A DNA stretch of 64,000 nucleotides from Macrostomum hystrix (lineage: Eukaryota; Animalia; Platyhelminthes). The stretch's first letter is position 1, and every line of letters begins with the position of its first letter. A program made the position numbers and the translations under genes. Below are positions 63,301-64,000 of the stretch, piece after piece. The notes under the pieces are model-generated. The model made no database searches, was not told the DNA's origin, and was given only the letters and a program-made list of their open reading frames with translations. The DNA is taken from positions 3,658,001 through 3,722,000 of the forward strand of contig CATNEN010000029.1 in assembly GCA_950097015.1 (NCBI GenBank). Direction: 5' to 3'.

Positions 63301-64000
63301 CCATAGAATCCACACATTATTTCGATCACATCTCCTGGGCTGAATGCTTGCGTCATCTTTTGACAGAGAATGGAGTAGAACATTGAGGCAGTGTAAGGAT
63401 TGTCGCTCGTTGTCTGCGACACCCAGGCTTCATACTGCTGAGAATTTTCTGGAGAAATTATAAAATTTAAGGCTTCGAGAAGTGCACATGATCGCATGTT
63501 TAGCATTGTCAATGTTCCTTATTGACAGGTAAAATAATTCGACTCACCGCTCGCATCAGTGCGGAGGTATATCCAAACTTCAGTCACGTACTGAACACTC
63601 AGCATGTCCACGCGCCACCAATTGTACGTTGAGGATGAGGTGACCGGAGTCGACGAGAACATTTTCGATGCAGTGTTACGAGCGAAGTCTCCGTCATTGG
63701 CGGCAGTGGCGCTGTATCCTGAGCGCAGATCGTAATAACTGACAGGATTTCCTGTAATATTGACGGGCGCTGCAACCATCGAGTATCCCGTGTTCAGTGC
63801 ATTCACCTCACAGATGAACTGGTAGGCTGACTGGTATGTGTCACATTTGATATTGCGCCACGTTCCGCCCATGTCCAAGTCCATCATCAAGCATTCTTTG
63901 CCGGGACTGCTGTGGCGCCAGAACTTCCAGTCGACAAGGCTTCCGTCCCACCACTGCCACTGACCAGTTGTTCGGTTGTACTGCCCGTCGATGTGAACAA
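42203..64000 (-). CDS. Giant polycystin-1-family gene, copy B: 3' portion from the CTL/FTP region to the stop codon, continuing off the right edge
   Basis: PKD repeats, REJ, GAIN, PLAT, the 11-TM layout, polycystin channel domain and C-terminal coiled coil occur in the expected order. TGA is at 42203-42205. Confidence 0.95.
42583..42857 (-). mobile_element. Older SINE copy related to 43253-43541, with (ATT)n tail
   Basis: Shares tacacctgc..ttgggt..gcagcc..ggctgcgtac.gctgtt.agtccatggactgg; (AAT)n at 42583-42603. Confidence 0.7.
43253..43541 (-). mobile_element. tRNA-derived SINE with a central conserved domain
   Basis: TAGCTAAGTG A-box, GGATTCAATTCC B-box, then gtgtcctttagcaagaaactt..aaatgggtacc. 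Confidence 0.8.
43677..45406 (-). CDS. Polycystin cation-channel region: S1 and TOP (44578-45406), S2-S6 (43677-44470)
   Basis: Motifs RLGHATLRQLRI, YAGGGY, WIDNYTRTVFVE, YLKSPWN and LNMFVAILNDSY. Confidence 0.95.
45544..46663 (-). CDS. TM2-TM5 exons (45757-46663, 45544-45649)
   Basis: Motifs DDHLWMS..FSRLQRL, NAMWYG, LPHW and WLAAFFLSLFQSMLLIQPLKV. Confidence 0.95.
46761..47155 (-). CDS. PLAT/LH2 domain (46994-47155, 46761-46921)
   Basis: YLLDVYTG..SGT..LVG..G..F..LGDI..IWHDGSG..WFL. Confidence 0.95.
47252..48620 (-). CDS. GAIN domain, non-canonical GPS and TM1
   Basis: CQRWEE..W..NC..PNLIDF, then a hydrophobic helix and RRLDKKD. The 5' boundary is approximate. Confidence 0.9.
48921..50128 (-). 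CDS. REJ-module exons (49959-50128, about 49446-49883, 49148-49372, 48921-49046)
   Basis: CVRNC and N.PP.GG.C.V.P..G..T.F...C.GW motifs. A few indels here fall at different places from copy A. Confidence 0.9.
50204..54356 (-). CDS. 4,153-nt single exon: three CARDB-like repeats, about 7 PKD domains, start of REJ
   Basis: Intact 1384-aa ORF; FNFGD..HNFTKVGNYTVNLTVWN and YPNHGVYDVQVTAFN. Confidence 0.93.
54428..55282 (-). CDS. Fibrinogen C-terminal domain exon (54674-55282) and EB-module exon (54428-54571)
   Basis: FReD: RSFEDYRRGF..FWIG..LRIDM..FSTFD..CA..GWWY..C. EB: EDCTSDLNC..VC..RCNCTVGWY..C. Confidence 0.92.
55559..57304 (-). CDS. C-type lectin (57112-57304, 56727-56965), degenerate Cys-containing exon (about 56118-56637) and F5/8C (about 55790-56010, 55559-55709)
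   Basis: Motifs ECPKNF..GRC, VHIG, DTCAY..W..C..FVVCEV and MKFDVFGCP. Confidence 0.8.
57897..60352 (-). CDS. F5/8C domains (60126-60352, 58423-59050) and degenerate F5/8C (58117-58331, 57897-58032)
   Basis: Motifs WRAASTDLDEWLQL, YVLEYSDDSLYW, KLEVFGC and VTSYELYYG. Confidence 0.85.
60919..61485 (-). CDS. 567-nt phase 1-1 exon: Cys/Tyr-rich unknown segment plus kringle
   Basis: Open across the exon; SYAG..GGVCPKW..NNYCRMP..C..C...C. Confidence 0.8.
61940..64000 (-). CDS. CTL C-half plus F-type lectin (63224-64000), two linker exons (62861-63127, 62646-62768) and LamG/ConA-like exon (about 61940-62571)
   Basis: Motifs FICEV, WWRVDM, FAEVVVY, YTVCFY and WHYFCLAVT. Confidence 0.8.

Larger units (their letters stand above)
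47728..64000. repeat. Near-identical direct duplicate of 1-13992 (copy B side), with an extra 2.3 kb at 59036-61336
   Basis: Direct comparison. The offset changes from about 47.7 kb to about 50.0 kb across the extra segment. Confidence 0.98.

Noticed and set aside
17-63386. The many plus-strand ORFs in the track
   Set aside because: They are antisense shadows of minus-strand exons with no domain motifs, apart from the two retroelement relics.
1-64000. CRISPR arrays, operons, rRNA or other prokaryotic systems
   Set aside because: No repeat-spacer periodicity or rRNA motifs; the window is a spliceosomal-intron animal locus.

Overview
Eukaryotic (invertebrate animal-like) genomic DNA with GT-AG introns, not prokaryotic. 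The species cannot be determined from the sequence. Almost the whole window is two head-to-tail copies of one giant minus-strand polycystin-1-family (PKD1/REJ-type) gene. Copy A runs from its ATG and signal-peptide exon at 40388 off the left edge. Copy B enters from the right edge and stops at 42203. Bases 1-13992 match 47728-64000 almost exactly, apart from a 2.3 kb segment missing from copy A and many 1-nt indels. Joining the two copies by hand gives about 90 exons and about 27 kb of CDS (about 9,000 aa, hand-summed). Domain order: signal peptide; three ancient repeats of [C-type lectin, linker, kringle, F-type lectin, unnamed beta-sandwich, F5/8C, F-type lectin, F5/8C x2]; further CTL/FTP/LamG-like/kringle/F5/8C domains; fibrinogen-C; EB; three CARDB-like repeats; about 7 PKD domains; REJ; GAIN with a non-canonical GPS; TM1; PLAT; TM2-5; TOP; a PKD2-like channel domain; coiled coil. 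Introns hold tRNA-derived SINEs, a SAP-domain gag-like relic, a LINE relic, a 72/73-nt inverted repeat bracketing one domain cassette, and a sense-strand HDV-like ribozyme motif. Exon boundaries are manual calls from splice signals and reading-frame phase. Domain names come from motif recognition, not database searches.
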